Origin: a virus
IMG/VR virus record: IMGVR_UViG_3300026116_000005
Span: 5,146 to 69,145 of that record
DNA: 64,000 bases
Reading direction: 5' to 3' (one strand)
The translations under genes were made by a program, and so were the position numbers. Shown here piece after piece: positions 37,705 to 48,954 of the stretch (position 1 is the stretch's first letter; each line of letters begins with the position of its first letter). Below the pieces are notes generated by a model, which did not search any database, was not told the origin of the DNA, and saw nothing but the letters and a program-made list of their open reading frames with translations.

Positions 37705-40526
37705 GGTGCGGCGGAATGAATGGCCATGTTGATCGGGTCTGATCCAATCGTGACTGCGAACGTGTACTGCGTGCCTCCGATAGTCGGGCCGGTAAACGGT
37801 GCGTCGCAATCAAACGCCACGAACGTTCCGTCGTACAGGTCGAAGGTGAAGTTGACGACTTGCCCGGAAGTGAATGGGCTCCCTTGGAAAGTCAGGCCTT
37901 GGCTGCTAAAATCAAAATCAACTCCAGACGGATCAGTGACCATAACGATATTGTTATAGTCTGGCGCGTTGACTGTGATGAGTGGCGCAAAATTAACCTG
38001 GATCGTGGTGTTTGCGCTGACCGAATTTCCGCGAGGATCAAAGCCCGTGAGCTTCAGCACGTAGGTTCCAGCTTCAAAGAAATTCACCTGGGTCGCTGGA
38101 TCGGTGTCGTCCACAAATCCAACCGCTGCGGGTCCGCTCACTTGGCTCCATTTGGCGAGATTTCCATAGGGAACTCCACCATTCAAAACCAGGCCTATAA
38201 CATCGCTAGTCAGCACGAGCGGATCATACGTTCCAGGAGATGAGACTGCCGCAGCCACATGAACCGTCATGTCCGCTGACGTATATAAAGCACCGTCAAA
38301 CGCCGCAAGACGAAGCACGTAATCACCAATTTGGAAGAATGTGATATTTGTTTCTGGCTGCGCCTGGTTATCGTAAGACACGGGACCAGGACCGCTCACG
38401 ACCGACCATTGCTGAGAAAGCTGCGCATGCGGATTTCCGTCATCGGTAACGGTTCCGGCGAAGTCGGATGTGACGTAATCCTTAAACAGGAAAATGGTAC
38501 GCTCATCGGGCACCGTGACCACCGGAGCGGCGTTATCTGGCGTGTCCGGCGTCGATGGGGTGATAATGTCGGAGCATTCGCATAGCTGCTCAGAAAGAAG
38601 CTGTGCATACCCCAGCGCGCCGCGATCCGCGTCCTTCTGAGAAATGAAGCTCTCCCAAGTAGCCGTCGAAGTGATGGGAGCGCCGGTGCGATCACACTGA
38701 ATCGTCGCGCTCTTGGTTGAGGTGAACTTTTCGAAGGGGCAGGTATAGACATTCCTCTCCAAGGCCGAGCAGCCATTCTCAGAAAGCGAGCGATCCTCGT
38801 CCTCGTCAGGCTCGCAAATGCCAGAAATCCGGTCGTCATCGAGCGACGCAACGATGTCCACGCCCCAAACACCAAACCGCCCGGACCACATCACGAGAAC
38901 CGAGAAGGCTCGGTCCACGTTATTTGGATGCGGGGATTCAACGCCGCCTTGATTGCAGGGTCCAAGCGGAACGTCGGCTTGAGTCAGAATCAAACGACTT
39001 TGAGGACGGTGGCCATTCATACACGTCGTCCGGTCGTAAAGCTGATCGTTATATATACCGCCTGGATTAGCGCGGATTTCCTTCGTGCAAATCTTGGTCC
39101 ATCCGCCGCGCGTTCCGCAGACTGAAACCATGAGCGAAACGTCTCCAAGAATTTCAGAGGCGTGAACGCGAGCAAAGTGAAACCGCTTCATCGCGAGCGG
39201 AGAGACGCCGTTATCGCTAGAGCTGGCGGGGCGAGAAAGGTTGTGCTCGCGAAGCTGAACAAAGCACGGGATGTTTTGGCCGTTGTCTTTGTGGTCTCGC
39301 TGGAACGCCTCCCAAATTCGGTTGCATCCGTCTTCGTCTCTCGAAGCGAAAAAGATGCGCTGCTCTCCGTCGACCATGAGCTTGATCCATTGCACAGGCC
39401 TCCAGCCTGTCCAGTAGGATGCCCAGGCCTTCTGGCCACCATCGAGCGCCGCTTGATCCATGCACCACGTATGCCGATTATATTTCGATCCAGACGGCAC
39501 CGACATCAAAAGATAATTTTCGTGAGCCACTGAGCAAACGCCCGAGAGGTTCGGCCCAAGGTTAGCCTTGGAGCACATCATTTCATTGTCCTGGATGTCC
39601 ATCCGGGAAGTGCGATTGAGCGCGAGGGCTTGGTCAGAATTGATAAGACCAACCGAACTCATCCACCAGATAAGTCCGTACTGCGTGACAATGGAAAGCG
39701 GCGCGACGCACCCAACGTTATTAAAGCACGGTGCCTGAAAGTTTGCGGTCGATAGCCATGTAGTGCGATCTTGAATACTGCTTTGGAAGTATGTCGCCTG
39801 GGCCTCCGTAAAAACAATGATCCCGAGCTTGTCCGGGGTCTCGACGATTCCAGTGCAATCACTCGGAAGATAAAATGCACGAGCTTCGTTAAGATACTGG
39901 GTCTCGGTGAACTTAGTCGGATTGCCCGCATCCGAAGCGAAGAGCATCGGACCGCGAGCGACCCACAAACGATTTCCCGACCACTTCATCCACAGGCCTA
40001 TAAACGTTTCATCGAAGCCCGGCGGCGTCGCATCTTGGTTTGAAGGTGTTGGGTTGAGATGGCGAGAAGTGCCGCCATCCCAAAATGCAGCGCGAGTCAC
40101 GCCATCTTGCATCATGAGCACTTGGTAAGGTCTATCGAGCGAAACGAGCGTACCGTCCGGCTCGTAGTCGGTGCTCTTTAAGCAGCTCTCAAAAGTGACG
40201 TGCTTGCTGTTAGGGTTGAACTGAATGTTCGGCAACCGGCGCACCACTTTAAACGGAGCTGGGGAAACATAGACAAGTCCATCGATTGCATAGACGATAT
40301 GCGGGACGCCCGATGACGGCGTAAATCCAGTTGCTCCCTGCAAATTATTTCCGCCAATCAGAAGCCTAGAAATCGAGCCCGGTCGCGTCTGGATAATGCC
40401 ACCACGGTTAACGCAATTCATCGCCGCAACGTACTCGCTGGCGCTCAGTGAATCCGCAGCCGAGTAGGAATCGCACCCCGCGACAAAATAACTACTGGCG
40501 TCGGAAAGTAACTGGCTATCTGGCAT
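37701..40526 (-). CDS. Tail tubular protein B / stabilisation protein with C-terminal PKD-like domains
   Basis: AMNCVNRGG..TRPG start, beta-rich body with RLWVARG and GCVAP.SI; two WSxVSGP...G.YVL.L repeats. Confidence 0.7.
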   Translation of the reverse strand: MPDSQLLSDASSYFVAGCDSYSAADSLSASEYVAAMNCVNRGGIIQTRPGSISRLLIGGNNLQGATGFTPSSGVPHIVYAIDGLVYVSPAPFKVVRRLPNIQFNPNSKHVTFESCLKSTDYEPDGTLVSLDRPYQVLMMQDGVTRAAFWDGGTSRHLNPTPSNQDATPPGFDETFIGLWMKWSGNRLWVARGPMLFASDAGNPTKFTETQYLNEARAFYLPSDCTGIVETPDKLGIIVFTEAQATYFQSSIQDRTTWLSTANFQAPCFNNVGCVAPLSIVTQYGLIWWMSSVGLINSDQALALNRTSRMDIQDNEMMCSKANLGPNLSGVCSVAHENYLLMSVPSGSKYNRHTWCMDQAALDGGQKAWASYWTGWRPVQWIKLMVDGEQRIFFASRDEDGCNRIWEAFQRDHKDNGQNIPCFVQLREHNLSRPASSSDNGVSPLAMKRFHFARVHASEILGDVSLMVSVCGTRGGWTKICTKEIRANPGGIYNDQLYDRTTCMNGHRPQSRLILTQADVPLGPCNQGGVESPHPNNVDRAFSVLVMWSGRFGVWGVDIVASLDDDRISGICEPDEDEDRSLSENGCSALERNVYTCPFEKFTSTKSATIQCDRTGAPITSTATWESFISQKDADRGALGYAQLLSEQLCECSDIITPSTPDTPDNAAPVVTVPDERTIFLFKDYVTSDFAGTVTDDGNPHAQLSQQWSVVSGPGPVSYDNQAQPETNITFFQIGDYVLRLAAFDGALYTSADMTVHVAAAVSSPGTYDPLVLTSDVIGLVLNGGVPYGNLAKWSQVSGPAAVGFVDDTDPATQVNFFEAGTYVLKLTGFDPRGNSVSANTTIQVNFAPLITVNAPDYNNIVMVTDPSGVDFDFSSQGLTFQGSPFTSGQVVNFTFDLYDGTFVAFDCDAPFTGPTIGGTQYTFAVTIGSDPINMAIHSAAP

Positions 40527-40529
40527 GGC

Positions 40530-41507
40530 TTATCTTGGGTAGTGGAGGCCTCGGCATCCGCCTCGACCATCCCAAATAGAATCATATTCGTTGATCGTAT
40601 CGTAAACAATCTGGGGACCGATTGCCGTGGGCGTCTTATTCACGTCTTCTTCTTCAGAGAGCATGCGAGCGCCCTCCTCTTCGGCCTGGCGGGCACTGTC
40701 GTATTTGTCCTGCTCATACAGCTTCACCGCTTTGACGGCGAGCTGAAGGGCGAGAGTGTTCTGGATATTGATCCAGTCATTGAGGGAGCGAATTTCGGTG
40801 TAAGACTTACGATATTTGATCCGCGCCCATTTTGCGCCTTGGGCAATTCTGATTCGCTTATAGCGAGGGTTCGTATCGGTTGGCTCATAATAACCAACCA
40901 GTACCTTCGTGTTCGTGACCGGATCAATCGCAACCAGACGGATAAATCCGTTTGTAACCACTTTTGTGATACGTTCAATCCTGGCAATCAGCGGAGCGGA
41001 TGGATTGACGAGCGGGTATCCAACCACAGTTGGAACGAGAAAGCCTTCCTCCAGATTCCCGTTTGCGCCTGGAGTATAAATTTTTTTTCCGTTCACATCA
41101 TAACCGAAAACACGGACTGCCTTATTATTGTCCGAAGTGCTTTCGACGACCGCAACCAGCTTACTCGGAGCCGCTGGATCGCGAAACGTCACCACGTCCC
41201 CAAGGACATCGGTATAGCCTGGATCAGTCCACTTCTCGCTACCCACGCCACCAGAATGAAATTGATACCAGTCGTCCCGAAGAAAGGTCGTGCCGCACGC
41301 CGTGTTCACGCCGAGCACCGCCTGAACAAAATTCGGAAGCGTGACGCATTCATCGCACACCGAAATATCGAGCACGCCCAGGCTCGCATCGTAGTTCGCC
41401 TTCTTTTCGAGAAGGCGGATCGCTTTCGTGATCGCAGCGAAGACAGCGACCTGATCGCAACTTTGATACTCCCTCTTGGCGGTCTCGTAAAAATCGGCGG
41501 TGAGCAT
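40530..41507 (-). CDS. Tail tubular protein A / head-tail adaptor
   Basis: Position immediately before tubular B; helical N- and C-termini with a beta core. Confidence 0.55.
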   Translation of the reverse strand: MLTADFYETAKREYQSCDQVAVFAAITKAIRLLEKKANYDASLGVLDISVCDECVTLPNFVQAVLGVNTACGTTFLRDDWYQFHSGGVGSEKWTDPGYTDVLGDVVTFRDPAAPSKLVAVVESTSDNNKAVRVFGYDVNGKKIYTPGANGNLEEGFLVPTVVGYPLVNPSAPLIARIERITKVVTNGFIRLVAIDPVTNTKVLVGYYEPTDTNPRYKRIRIAQGAKWARIKYRKSYTEIRSLNDWINIQNTLALQLAVKAVKLYEQDKYDSARQAEEEGARMLSEEEDVNKTPTAIGPQIVYDTINEYDSIWDGRGGCRGLHYPR

Positions 41508-41511
41508 GAGC

Positions 41512-41877
41512 TTAATCCTCCTCGTTCGTTTCCTCGGCGTTGATCTCTTTCGCCTGCGCTTTTTGAATTTTCTTGTCCTGCAATTCGTCGAGCGTGTCGG
41601 ACAAACCCTTAGACGAAGATTTTGGTTTCTTATTCAAAGATTTGATCGCAGTGACCTCGAAGCTGTGGGAATGGTGTTCTCCATTCTTGTCTTTGCGAGT
41701 CGTCGTCTCGTGCTTACGAAAGCGGATGTGAGCTTCGCCCTCCTCGGGGAGGTTTAGCTTTCCATCAAAGTGCATCGAGGGATAATACTTCTTGTCCTCT
41801 TTGTCTTCGCGCGGGACCTCTTTGAGCGGCATCGGCTCGCGTCCAAGGTCTAAGAATCCATCAGTTGAGTCGTTCAC
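41512..41877 (-). CDS. Hypothetical charged protein
   Basis: 121 aa K/E-rich ORF, GTG start. Confidence 0.55.
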   Translation of the reverse strand: MNDSTDGFLDLGREPMPLKEVPREDKEDKKYYPSMHFDGKLNLPEEGEAHIRFRKHETTTRKDKNGEHHSHSFEVTAIKSLNKKPKSSSKGLSDTLDELQDKKIQKAQAKEINAEETNEED

Positions 41878-41965
41878 GGATTTTACGATGTTTTTAAGCC
41901 TATGAAAGGCGAGGGGTTACGAGTGCAATGAATGAGAGTTTTACGAAGGTAAATCCAGCAAGAAA

Positions 41966-43183
41966 TTAGATGTGAATCGCGCCAGGCGGACGATAGCCGT
42001 CTTTGAGGTTCACGAGATGCGCTTTCACCCAGCAAACCTCGCGCTGATCTTTTTCAGTTGTATAGAGTCTGACCGCCTGAAATCTAACTGGCGTGTCTAT
42101 ATACTTTGCCCAATTTCTGTCCGTGTAATATAAAAAAGAATTCTCGTTCCAAAACGAAACGTGCGTCGGGTCTTGGAATGCTCCTCGTCCATCAGTCGAG
42201 GGGACCTGGCAAAATAACCACCCGCCGGGAACAAGCACGCGGCGAACCTCTTTCATTGTGTGAACTGAATCTAGAAGATGTTCGAAGGTGTCGAAAGATC
42301 GGATCACTCCTACGCTATTGTCTTCGAGCTTCCATGTTTCGTTTAGATCGGAAATTATATCGGCATCTTTAAGATCAACCGTGGTATATCCATTCTTTGC
42401 GTTCATCCTTCCTCCGACCTCAATCTTTAGGAGTTTGTTTTCATCGCTCCACTTCTCGACCATGCCTTCTATATATTGGTCATAGATTCGCATGACGTTC
42501 TCCTGAATCTCTCTGTTGTGAATGAAGGAGGCGTTCTCTCGGGTGTGACGGTAAATATATAATGGCCTGTCGATATGCCTAAACTTAGTGACCATGAAAA
42601 AACGGCACATTAAATCCTGGTCATCTAATACCCTCATCTCTGTGCTGTAGCCTCCAATCGCATCGTAAACTGATTTCCTGAAAGCGCGAAGATGGTTTGG
42701 CGCATACCAGATTCGAGATACCGCCTCGGGTGACGGAGGAAATTGGACAGTCTCATTAACCTTCACATCTCCGATTTCAATCGTCCTGTACTTCCAGCCA
42801 AAAACATCGGAGTAAGGGACTGGCGACTCGCCCTTGTCGTCAAGGTCAACCGTATTTGAATAGACAAATCCAATTTCAGGATCGCGAAAGGCCTCGATAA
42901 CCTCAGAGACCGCGCCTCGTCCTAAGAGGTCATCGTGATCCAACTCCAGAAGAATATCTCCCTCGGCCTTGCTACATGCGAATGCCTTCAAAGGGCCAAC
43001 CCATCCGCGAGTGTCTTCGCAGTAAAAATGCTTAATCCGATGATCCCGTAGCGACTCAACTTTCCTGGCTCCGTTATTATATACGATGATCCACTCGTGA
43101 AACGGCTGGTCTTTGATCGACTGCCAAATTTGTTCGAGAAACTTGGCGTTGTGCGTTGGCGTAAAAATACTGACTTTAAGCAT
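41966..43183 (-). CDS. GT2 glycosyltransferase fused to class I SAM methyltransferase
   Basis: SIFTPTHN, ELDHDD, DDQDL; then EVGG, FEHL, RRVLVPGG, DPTH. Confidence 0.85.
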   Translation of the reverse strand: MLKVSIFTPTHNAKFLEQIWQSIKDQPFHEWIIVYNNGARKVESLRDHRIKHFYCEDTRGWVGPLKAFACSKAEGDILLELDHDDLLGRGAVSEVIEAFRDPEIGFVYSNTVDLDDKGESPVPYSDVFGWKYRTIEIGDVKVNETVQFPPSPEAVSRIWYAPNHLRAFRKSVYDAIGGYSTEMRVLDDQDLMCRFFMVTKFRHIDRPLYIYRHTRENASFIHNREIQENVMRIYDQYIEGMVEKWSDENKLLKIEVGGRMNAKNGYTTVDLKDADIISDLNETWKLEDNSVGVIRSFDTFEHLLDSVHTMKEVRRVLVPGGWLFCQVPSTDGRGAFQDPTHVSFWNENSFLYYTDRNWAKYIDTPVRFQAVRLYTTEKDQREVCWVKAHLVNLKDGYRPPGAIHI

Positions 43184-43202
43184 AGGGGTTAAACCAAATC
43201 AC

Positions 43203-46200
43203 TCAGGCGATCCAAGTTCCACAGAAATAAGTGTATGCCCCATATCGGGTGCAGGTTGTGTCAGTTGCGCCGTAAACCTGGACTGTGTCTCCAGCCGTTA
43301 ACGACAAAACGATTGATGAATTCGCCATTCGAGTCCCGATACCACGGCTCCCGGCAATGGCGCTTCCATTTTTATAGAACGTGAGATAATGCATTGCGCT
43401 TCCATCTCCAGCCCACCCCGCGCTAAAACTATAAATTCCGGTCACGGGAGCGGTGAACGTGCTTGTGCTAGTATTCCACGTACTCAGCGGGTCGGTTTGA
43501 ACGGAATCAAATGCGAGTAACCTATCCGCTCCAGAGGTGAGCGTCGCGTTTGAAACAAGTGTGACAGAGAAGCCGTACTGGACTCCGCTTCCAACGGTCC
43601 TAAGCCCTCCTATATAGCTTGGATCAGACGTGAAGTACCGGAAGAAATCCACCATGAATTGTGGAGTTGGGCTTTCACTCGCATCGTTCGAAACGCCAAA
43701 AGATATTCCGATTTGATTGACCGTGATCGCGAGCGTGCCGGAGTAGAAAATAATCCAGCCACTACCAGTTAACGAAATCCAGAACGTGAACGTCGTTCCA
43801 ACCCGCTTAACCTTTAAGTAAACGGAATCGTAAATTTTATCGGTAAGAGTCGACTCTGAAACCACCGATCCGAACGTGGTTGAGTTTGTATAGTTTAGAA
43901 TCGAAGCCGTCGTATTCGGGCTTCCTGAGTGGCGCATAATACCCCACGTCACGAGGGCCGATGTGGTTGGCGCTGAAACGAGGTTGGTCCCTAGGAGGAA
44001 ACCAATGCGCCAGTCGCCCGCCGGAGAGCCATTCACCGCTATGCGCAAAACGGCTGAGAAATCTCCCGATGGGAGGGTTTGAAAAATGCCCTGAATTTTT
44101 TCGCCCGAGTGAACAGTCATCACTGCTTTGATGAGGCTGTCCGCCTGAGTTAGCGTCATTCCACTCGAATTAAGCTGAGTCCACCGCGCATTGAGCGATG
44201 CGTCCGTGAAATCATCGTCGAGAGAACTTGGCGAAGTCGCAGGCTTGTTAGGGTCGTAATAAGTGAAAGAAGTGCCGCCTCCACCGCCTCCACCGCCTCC
44301 AGATGCGCCTTGCGCGCCCTGAGCGCCCTGCGGCCCCTGGACGGTGCTTGCAGCGCCTTGATTGCCCTGGTTGCCCTGGTTTCCTTGGGTCCCCTGATTT
44401 CCTTGATTTCCTTGGGTCCCCTGTGGCCCTTGCGCGCCGGTAGAGCCCTGTGCGCCTTGCGGACCTGTCGATCCCGTGGCCCCCTGCGGACCTTGCGGGC
44501 CAGTAGAGCCGGTCGCGCCGGTGCTTCCCTGCGGTCCCGCTGAACCCGTCGCGCCTTGTGGCCCCTGCACGGTCGACGCCGCGCCTTGCGGACCTTGAGG
44601 ACCAGTGCTTCCGGTCGCACCTTGGTTGCCTTGATTTCCTTGAGAGCCAGTCGATCCGGTCGAACCTTGAGGACCTGCGGAGCCCGTAGCGCCTTGTGGT
44701 CCAGTGGAACCTGCTGCGCCTTGCGGACCTTGATTTCCACTATATACAAATGACAATATAACCTCTTCACCATTGGTGAATGGATTTAGAGCGGACGCGA
44801 TATAAGTAACGTCTAGCTGCTTATATCCTCCAGACCCCGTGCCGACCGACCCAGTCAGCATGAGGATAGCCCACCGAGCATTATTAGAAACGGCTGTGAC
44901 TTTAATGATCCCTCGATTTGAAGATGTGCCTTGATCGTCGAAGGCGTTAAGCCATCCAGACACGTCGGTCCCTGCCTCATTATACATACTCACATACAGG
45001 TGAGCGTAAGAGGCTGGCGTGAGAGTATCGAAGTTAAGATTGCCCGACCCCGGATCGCTATTGCTGGTCGCGTTGCTAAATTTAAACTGGTGACTATCGC
45101 CGCCAAAAAGTCCGTAGCCCTGAGCGCCCTGGTTGCCTTGTGAGCCTTGATTACCCTGAGAACCTTGGCTTCCAGTTGCGCCTTGCGCCCCTTGCGCTCC
45201 AGTCGATCCCTGTGGTCCAGTCGAACCAGTAGCTCCCTGTGATCCGGTCGAGCCTTGCGGACCGGCCGCGCCCGTTGAGCCCTGAGGCCCAGTTGATCCG
45301 GTAGCACCTTGCGGACCCTGCACCGTACTCGCCGCACCTGTCGCGCCTTGCGGACCGGTGCTGCCAGTTGATCCTTGAGCGCCCTGTGGGCCTTGCGCGC
45401 CCTGTGGGCCGGGGTCTCCACTATAGCAAAACGACATGACGACTTCTTCGCCATCTATAAAAGGATTATTCGCCGAGTAGGTATATATGACTCCGATTTT
45501 TCTGTAGCCTCCCGTTTTGATTTCAACGTCACCCGTCACAATCAAAACAGCATAACGCTCATTATCCGCAACTGCGGTGAGCTTAATGATTCCGTGATTT
45601 GTAGGAGCGCCGTGGTAATCGAAAGAATCGAGCCAGCCTGAAACCTCAGTTCCAGACTCATCGTAAAGGCTTGCGTATATAAATGCGTAGTCAGCCGGAG
45701 TAGCAGAGTCTAAGCGAATGTATCCACTTCCTGGATCGCTATCAGTGGTAGAGGTGGAAAATAAAAACTGGAAGCTATCTCCTCCGTAGAGCCCGGTGAG
45801 ACCTTGATTGCCCTGGCTGCCTTGTGATCCGGTCGAGCCCTGCGGCCCCTGCGATCCAGCCGCGCCAGTTGCACCTTGGCTGCCTTGCGGACCAGTCGAG
45901 CCGGTTGCACCCTGCGGACCCGTAGAGCCAGCCGCGCCCTGAGCGCCTTGGCTGCCCGATCCCGTTGCGCCCTGTGGGCCTTGGGGGCCGGTCGATCCAG
46001 TCGAGCCCTGTGGGCCAGCGCCGCCAGTCGCGCCAGTCGAGCCCTGCGCTCCGGGGACACCTTGCGCGCCGCCCTCGCCTTGGTAGCCCTGATTGCCCTG
46101 CGGCCCCTGGTAGCCCATATCTCCCATCGGACCCTGAGCGCCTTGGGCACCCTGCGCGCCCGCGCTGCCCTGTGCGCCCTGCGGGCCTTGTGCTCCACCC

Positions 46201-46835
46201 GGAGAACCCGCCGGACCCTGGGGGCCTTGGACCGTGCTCGCCGCTCCAACGACGCCCTGTGGGCCTTGTGATCCGGTCGCACCCTGAGCGCCTTGTGCGC
46301 CCGCAGCCCCTTGAGGCCCAGCCGTGCCGCTGCCCGTGCGCTTCAGTTCATCGAGAGCGTCTGCGACGTTGCTCGCGAGAATTCCCGAGACCGATTGAAA
46401 ATCGACTTCCTTCGCATCGACATCTCCGACCGACCATCCGGTGTTGGTTCTCCTTAAGTAGCCGGTCCCAAGAATCGCCGCAATTTGCGCGAGCGACAAA
46501 CTGAAGGGCTGCGCGCCAATGATGCCAGCCGCCGAAGTTTTATCGGCAGCATTTAGTATCGAACGACCCAGCTCTGTTGAAGGGAATGCCTTGGCTTGAT
46601 TTGGGGTATTAAAATAAACCATCGAACCAGGCTGAGGATTCGATACGAGCGAGAGCGCATCGAGAATTGCGCTGTGCTCTTGAGAAACATCTCCAATGCC
46701 AAGCTTTTGACGAAAGTACGCCTGATTAAGAGCGATCTTTCTTCGAAAGTCGTCGACCGTATCTTTCAGCGTGGGCTGTTGCGGCCCTGCCTGTTCAACA
46801 AGAGTGGTTCGAAGAATTTCGTAATCAGTCGCCAT
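43203..46835 (-). CDS. Collagen-like fibre protein with duplicated globular inserts and C1q-like head
   Basis: Three Gly-X-Y tracts (GxQ/GST/GAT); two copies of a GGDS.QF.FS...DPGSG domain; C-terminal FD...[17 protein letters not shown]...LTAGDTVQV. Confidence 0.85.
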   Translation of the reverse strand: MATDYEILRTTLVEQAGPQQPTLKDTVDDFRRKIALNQAYFRQKLGIGDVSQEHSAILDALSLVSNPQPGSMVYFNTPNQAKAFPSTELGRSILNAADKTSAAGIIGAQPFSLSLAQIAAILGTGYLRRTNTGWSVGDVDAKEVDFQSVSGILASNVADALDELKRTGSGTAGPQGAAGAQGAQGATGSQGPQGVVGAASTVQGPQGPAGSPGGAQGPQGAQGSAGAQGAQGAQGPMGDMGYQGPQGNQGYQGEGGAQGVPGAQGSTGATGGAGPQGSTGSTGPQGPQGATGSGSQGAQGAAGSTGPQGATGSTGPQGSQGATGAAGSQGPQGSTGSQGSQGNQGLTGLYGGDSFQFLFSTSTTDSDPGSGYIRLDSATPADYAFIYASLYDESGTEVSGWLDSFDYHGAPTNHGIIKLTAVADNERYAVLIVTGDVEIKTGGYRKIGVIYTYSANNPFIDGEEVVMSFCYSGDPGPQGAQGPQGAQGSTGSTGPQGATGAASTVQGPQGATGSTGPQGSTGAAGPQGSTGSQGATGSTGPQGSTGAQGAQGATGSQGSQGNQGSQGNQGAQGYGLFGGDSHQFKFSNATSNSDPGSGNLNFDTLTPASYAHLYVSMYNEAGTDVSGWLNAFDDQGTSSNRGIIKVTAVSNNARWAILMLTGSVGTGSGGYKQLDVTYIASALNPFTNGEEVILSFVYSGNQGPQGAAGSTGPQGATGSAGPQGSTGSTGSQGNQGNQGATGSTGPQGPQGAASTVQGPQGATGSAGPQGSTGATGSTGPQGPQGATGSTGPQGAQGSTGAQGPQGTQGNQGNQGTQGNQGNQGNQGAASTVQGPQGAQGAQGASGGGGGGGGGTSFTYYDPNKPATSPSSLDDDFTDASLNARWTQLNSSGMTLTQADSLIKAVMTVHSGEKIQGIFQTLPSGDFSAVLRIAVNGSPAGDWRIGFLLGTNLVSAPTTSALVTWGIMRHSGSPNTTASILNYTNSTTFGSVVSESTLTDKIYDSVYLKVKRVGTTFTFWISLTGSGWIIFYSGTLAITVNQIGISFGVSNDASESPTPQFMVDFFRYFTSDPSYIGGLRTVGSGVQYGFSVTLVSNATLTSGADRLLAFDSVQTDPLSTWNTSTSTFTAPVTGIYSFSAGWAGDGSAMHYLTFYKNGSAIAGSRGIGTRMANSSIVLSLTAGDTVQVYGATDTTCTRYGAYTYFCGTWIA

Positions 46836-47953
46836 TAGAAATCAGCCGGAACGGAATAGTATTCCAGGAGTATATTTGCAGTGAGTGTGAAGGTATAACT
46901 ATAGGCCCCTCCAAATCCCTCTCCGTCAGGAGGTGTGACCGTCACGAGTGATCCATTGCTAAAGACTCCGTTTATCTTAAATCCCTCAAACGCGACACTA
47001 CCATTGTTTGTGAATGTGATCGTGATAGACGTGCCCTCATCCCAATCGTGCGTATAGGTTTCATCACCAGAGCCCCGCGTATCATCGAAATCCCACCCCG
47101 AAGGAGAAGACACAACATGCGCTCCAGCGCCGTGCGTCGTGAGCGTGACGGTATGCGTTGGCACCTCTCCGGGGTTTACCGTGATCGTGACCTGGGACGG
47201 CGTCGCATCCCCAATGCTATCTCGCGCATCAAGCTGAAGAACGTAGGTTCCGGTGGCCGTGAAATGCATCCCGGTTCGAAGGGTGTTAACGTCATCAAAG
47301 ATCACATCCGCCGGACCGCTCACCTTACTCCAAGTCACAACTGCGGGCTCGGGGATTTCGTCGTCGGTTAAAGTTGCATCCGGCGATTCAAAATAAACCG
47401 AATCTCCATCGAGCGTAATGGTTTGGTCTTCCCCCGCATCAACGACCGGCACGTCATTGTGAATGACAGTGATCGTTGTGGTGCCAAAGCCTTCTTTATC
47501 CCCATCTGACGCCACCAAGCGAAGAACGTAAGTACCGGGCACGGAGAAGTGCGCAGCGGTCGTCGGATTCGTTGGGTCATCGAAAACAACAGCTCCAGGT
47601 CCACTGTCAACCGACCACGCAAATGTAACAGTTCCGTTAGGAAGTCCGTCGTCCGTGACAGTGGGATTGAACACCACAAAATCGAATTCTCCGTTAGGGA
47701 TATAAATAGGGGCATAGCTGCCAGCGATCACAACGGGAGGCTGATTGACAAAATCAAACCTAGGAACCGGCTCCGAAACAGGATCAGAGCAGCAAGCCCG
47801 GGATTGAGCTGGTCGACTGTATCTAACTTTGAATACACGCCCATCCACCGTAGGGGTAACGTCGATGTCGGCGCAGTCCTGCGGCAGTGGAATAGGCTGT
47901 GAAAACCCTTTCGCTGTCGCGAGATTCAGGGGGATGGGGCAAGGTTTATTCAC
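46835..47953 (-). CDS. Virion protein with two PKD/K319L-like Ig domains
   Basis: NQPPVV.AG, TDDGLP, WS..SGP..V.F.D, G.YVL.L repeated twice. Confidence 0.65.
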   Translation of the reverse strand: MNKPCPIPLNLATAKGFSQPIPLPQDCADIDVTPTVDGRVFKVRYSRPAQSRACCSDPVSEPVPRFDFVNQPPVVIAGSYAPIYIPNGEFDFVVFNPTVTDDGLPNGTVTFAWSVDSGPGAVVFDDPTNPTTAAHFSVPGTYVLRLVASDGDKEGFGTTTITVIHNDVPVVDAGEDQTITLDGDSVYFESPDATLTDDEIPEPAVVTWSKVSGPADVIFDDVNTLRTGMHFTATGTYVLQLDARDSIGDATPSQVTITVNPGEVPTHTVTLTTHGAGAHVVSSPSGWDFDDTRGSGDETYTHDWDEGTSITITFTNNGSVAFEGFKINGVFSNGSLVTVTPPDGEGFGGAYSYTFTLTANILLEYYSVPADF

Positions 47954-47955
47954 GG

Positions 47956-48159
47956 TTAAATCGCCAGTGCCACGCCTTCATCAATGAGAAGACGACCGCC
48001 GCTTTGCAGGTTAAGAAACTCTCGATCTGAAGTGGGTGGAGCGGGTGGATTCGTCGACCAAACCACCTGGCCATTAACAACGGTTGAGACTGCATCAAAT
48101 CCCTCGGGGATCGTTGCTCCGTCCATTGGATCGGGAAGTGCGTCGCATGGATTGCTCAT
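47956..48159 (-). CDS. Small virion-associated protein
   Basis: Coupled ORF ending FL.LQSGG.LL. Confidence 0.45.
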   Translation of the reverse strand: MSNPCDALPDPMDGATIPEGFDAVSTVVNGQVVWSTNPPAPPTSDREFLNLQSGGRLLIDEGVALAI

Positions 48160-48590
48160 TTTTTATCGTTATATATTTCCTTGAATCCAAGACGGCGGAA
48201 GAGGTCGTCAATCGAACCATCCGCAAGGCCGGTAGGCTTTTCTATGAAAGCGACAATAGAATACCCCTTCAGCTCTTCGCGCACTCTAGCGTCGATGTAA
48301 CCCGAAAGAATGGATACGAGAATTTCTCTATCCAAATCGTATATATGTTTAAACAGGTCGATACCTCCCATCCCAGGGAGCTTTAGATCGATGATTGCTA
48401 AATCATAAACCCCAGGCCTAAAAGAGGCCAGTGCCGCCTCCGCATCTCCGAATGTTGAAACCGAAATGTTGTAGTTTTTAGTCCGATACTTGAAAGCGTA
48501 TTGCACACCTTCGTCGTCTTCCACGAGAAGGATTTTCTTGGGGCGGGCCAGCGCCCGGATGTAATCGGCTTCTGTCTCGATGGTTTTCAT
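48156..48590 (-). CDS. Stand-alone response-regulator receiver (CheY-like) protein
   Basis: ILLVEDD, YDLAIIDLKLPGMGG.DL, ILSGY, FIEKP: all catalytic residues present. Confidence 0.9.
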   Translation of the reverse strand: MKTIETEADYIRALARPKKILLVEDDEGVQYAFKYRTKNYNISVSTFGDAEAALASFRPGVYDLAIIDLKLPGMGGIDLFKHIYDLDREILVSILSGYIDARVREELKGYSIVAFIEKPTGLADGSIDDLFRRLGFKEIYNDKK

Positions 48591-48952
48591 TTCTTCGAGA
48601 AGTAATGCTCAAGAAGCCAGGAAACAATTGCTGGGCCAAAAAGAGTGATAATCGCTCCGATGATGACCAGGGGGCTCTTCACTTTTGCCACTAATATATC
48701 AAATCGACGGTCCCAACCATCCAGCCGTTTATTCACGCCTTGGACTTCTTTTTTCAGTCTTTCGAGTTCTTCATTTTGATCCACGACAGCATTGTTTAAC
48801 GCCAAGGTTTGATCGTTGTTCCACTCAATCGCTTGGTGCAGCTCAGAATTTTTCCGGGCGATGTACGCGTCGGTTGGGTCCATTTTCGCCAGTTCGTACT
48901 CATCTATTTTATGAGGAAAAACCGGCACGCTTCTGAGCCGTTCAAGTGGCAT
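48587..48952 (-). CDS. Coiled-coil protein with C-terminal TM (holin-like)
   Basis: Coiled coil followed by LVIIGAIITLFGPAIVSWLL. Confidence 0.45.
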   Translation of the reverse strand: MPLERLRSVPVFPHKIDEYELAKMDPTDAYIARKNSELHQAIEWNNDQTLALNNAVVDQNEELERLKKEVQGVNKRLDGWDRRFDILVAKVKSPLVIIGAIITLFGPAIVSWLLEHYFSKK

Positions 48953-48954
48953 GT

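Noticed and set aside
44735-45790. Duplicated segment as possible DGR template/variable repeat
   Set aside because: Both copies are in-frame protein domains with general divergence, not adenine-specific; no reverse transcriptase in the window.
44290-46330. Dense short repeats resembling an array or VNTR
   Set aside because: They encode collagen Gly-X-Y triplets; there is no repeat-spacer structure, so not CRISPR.
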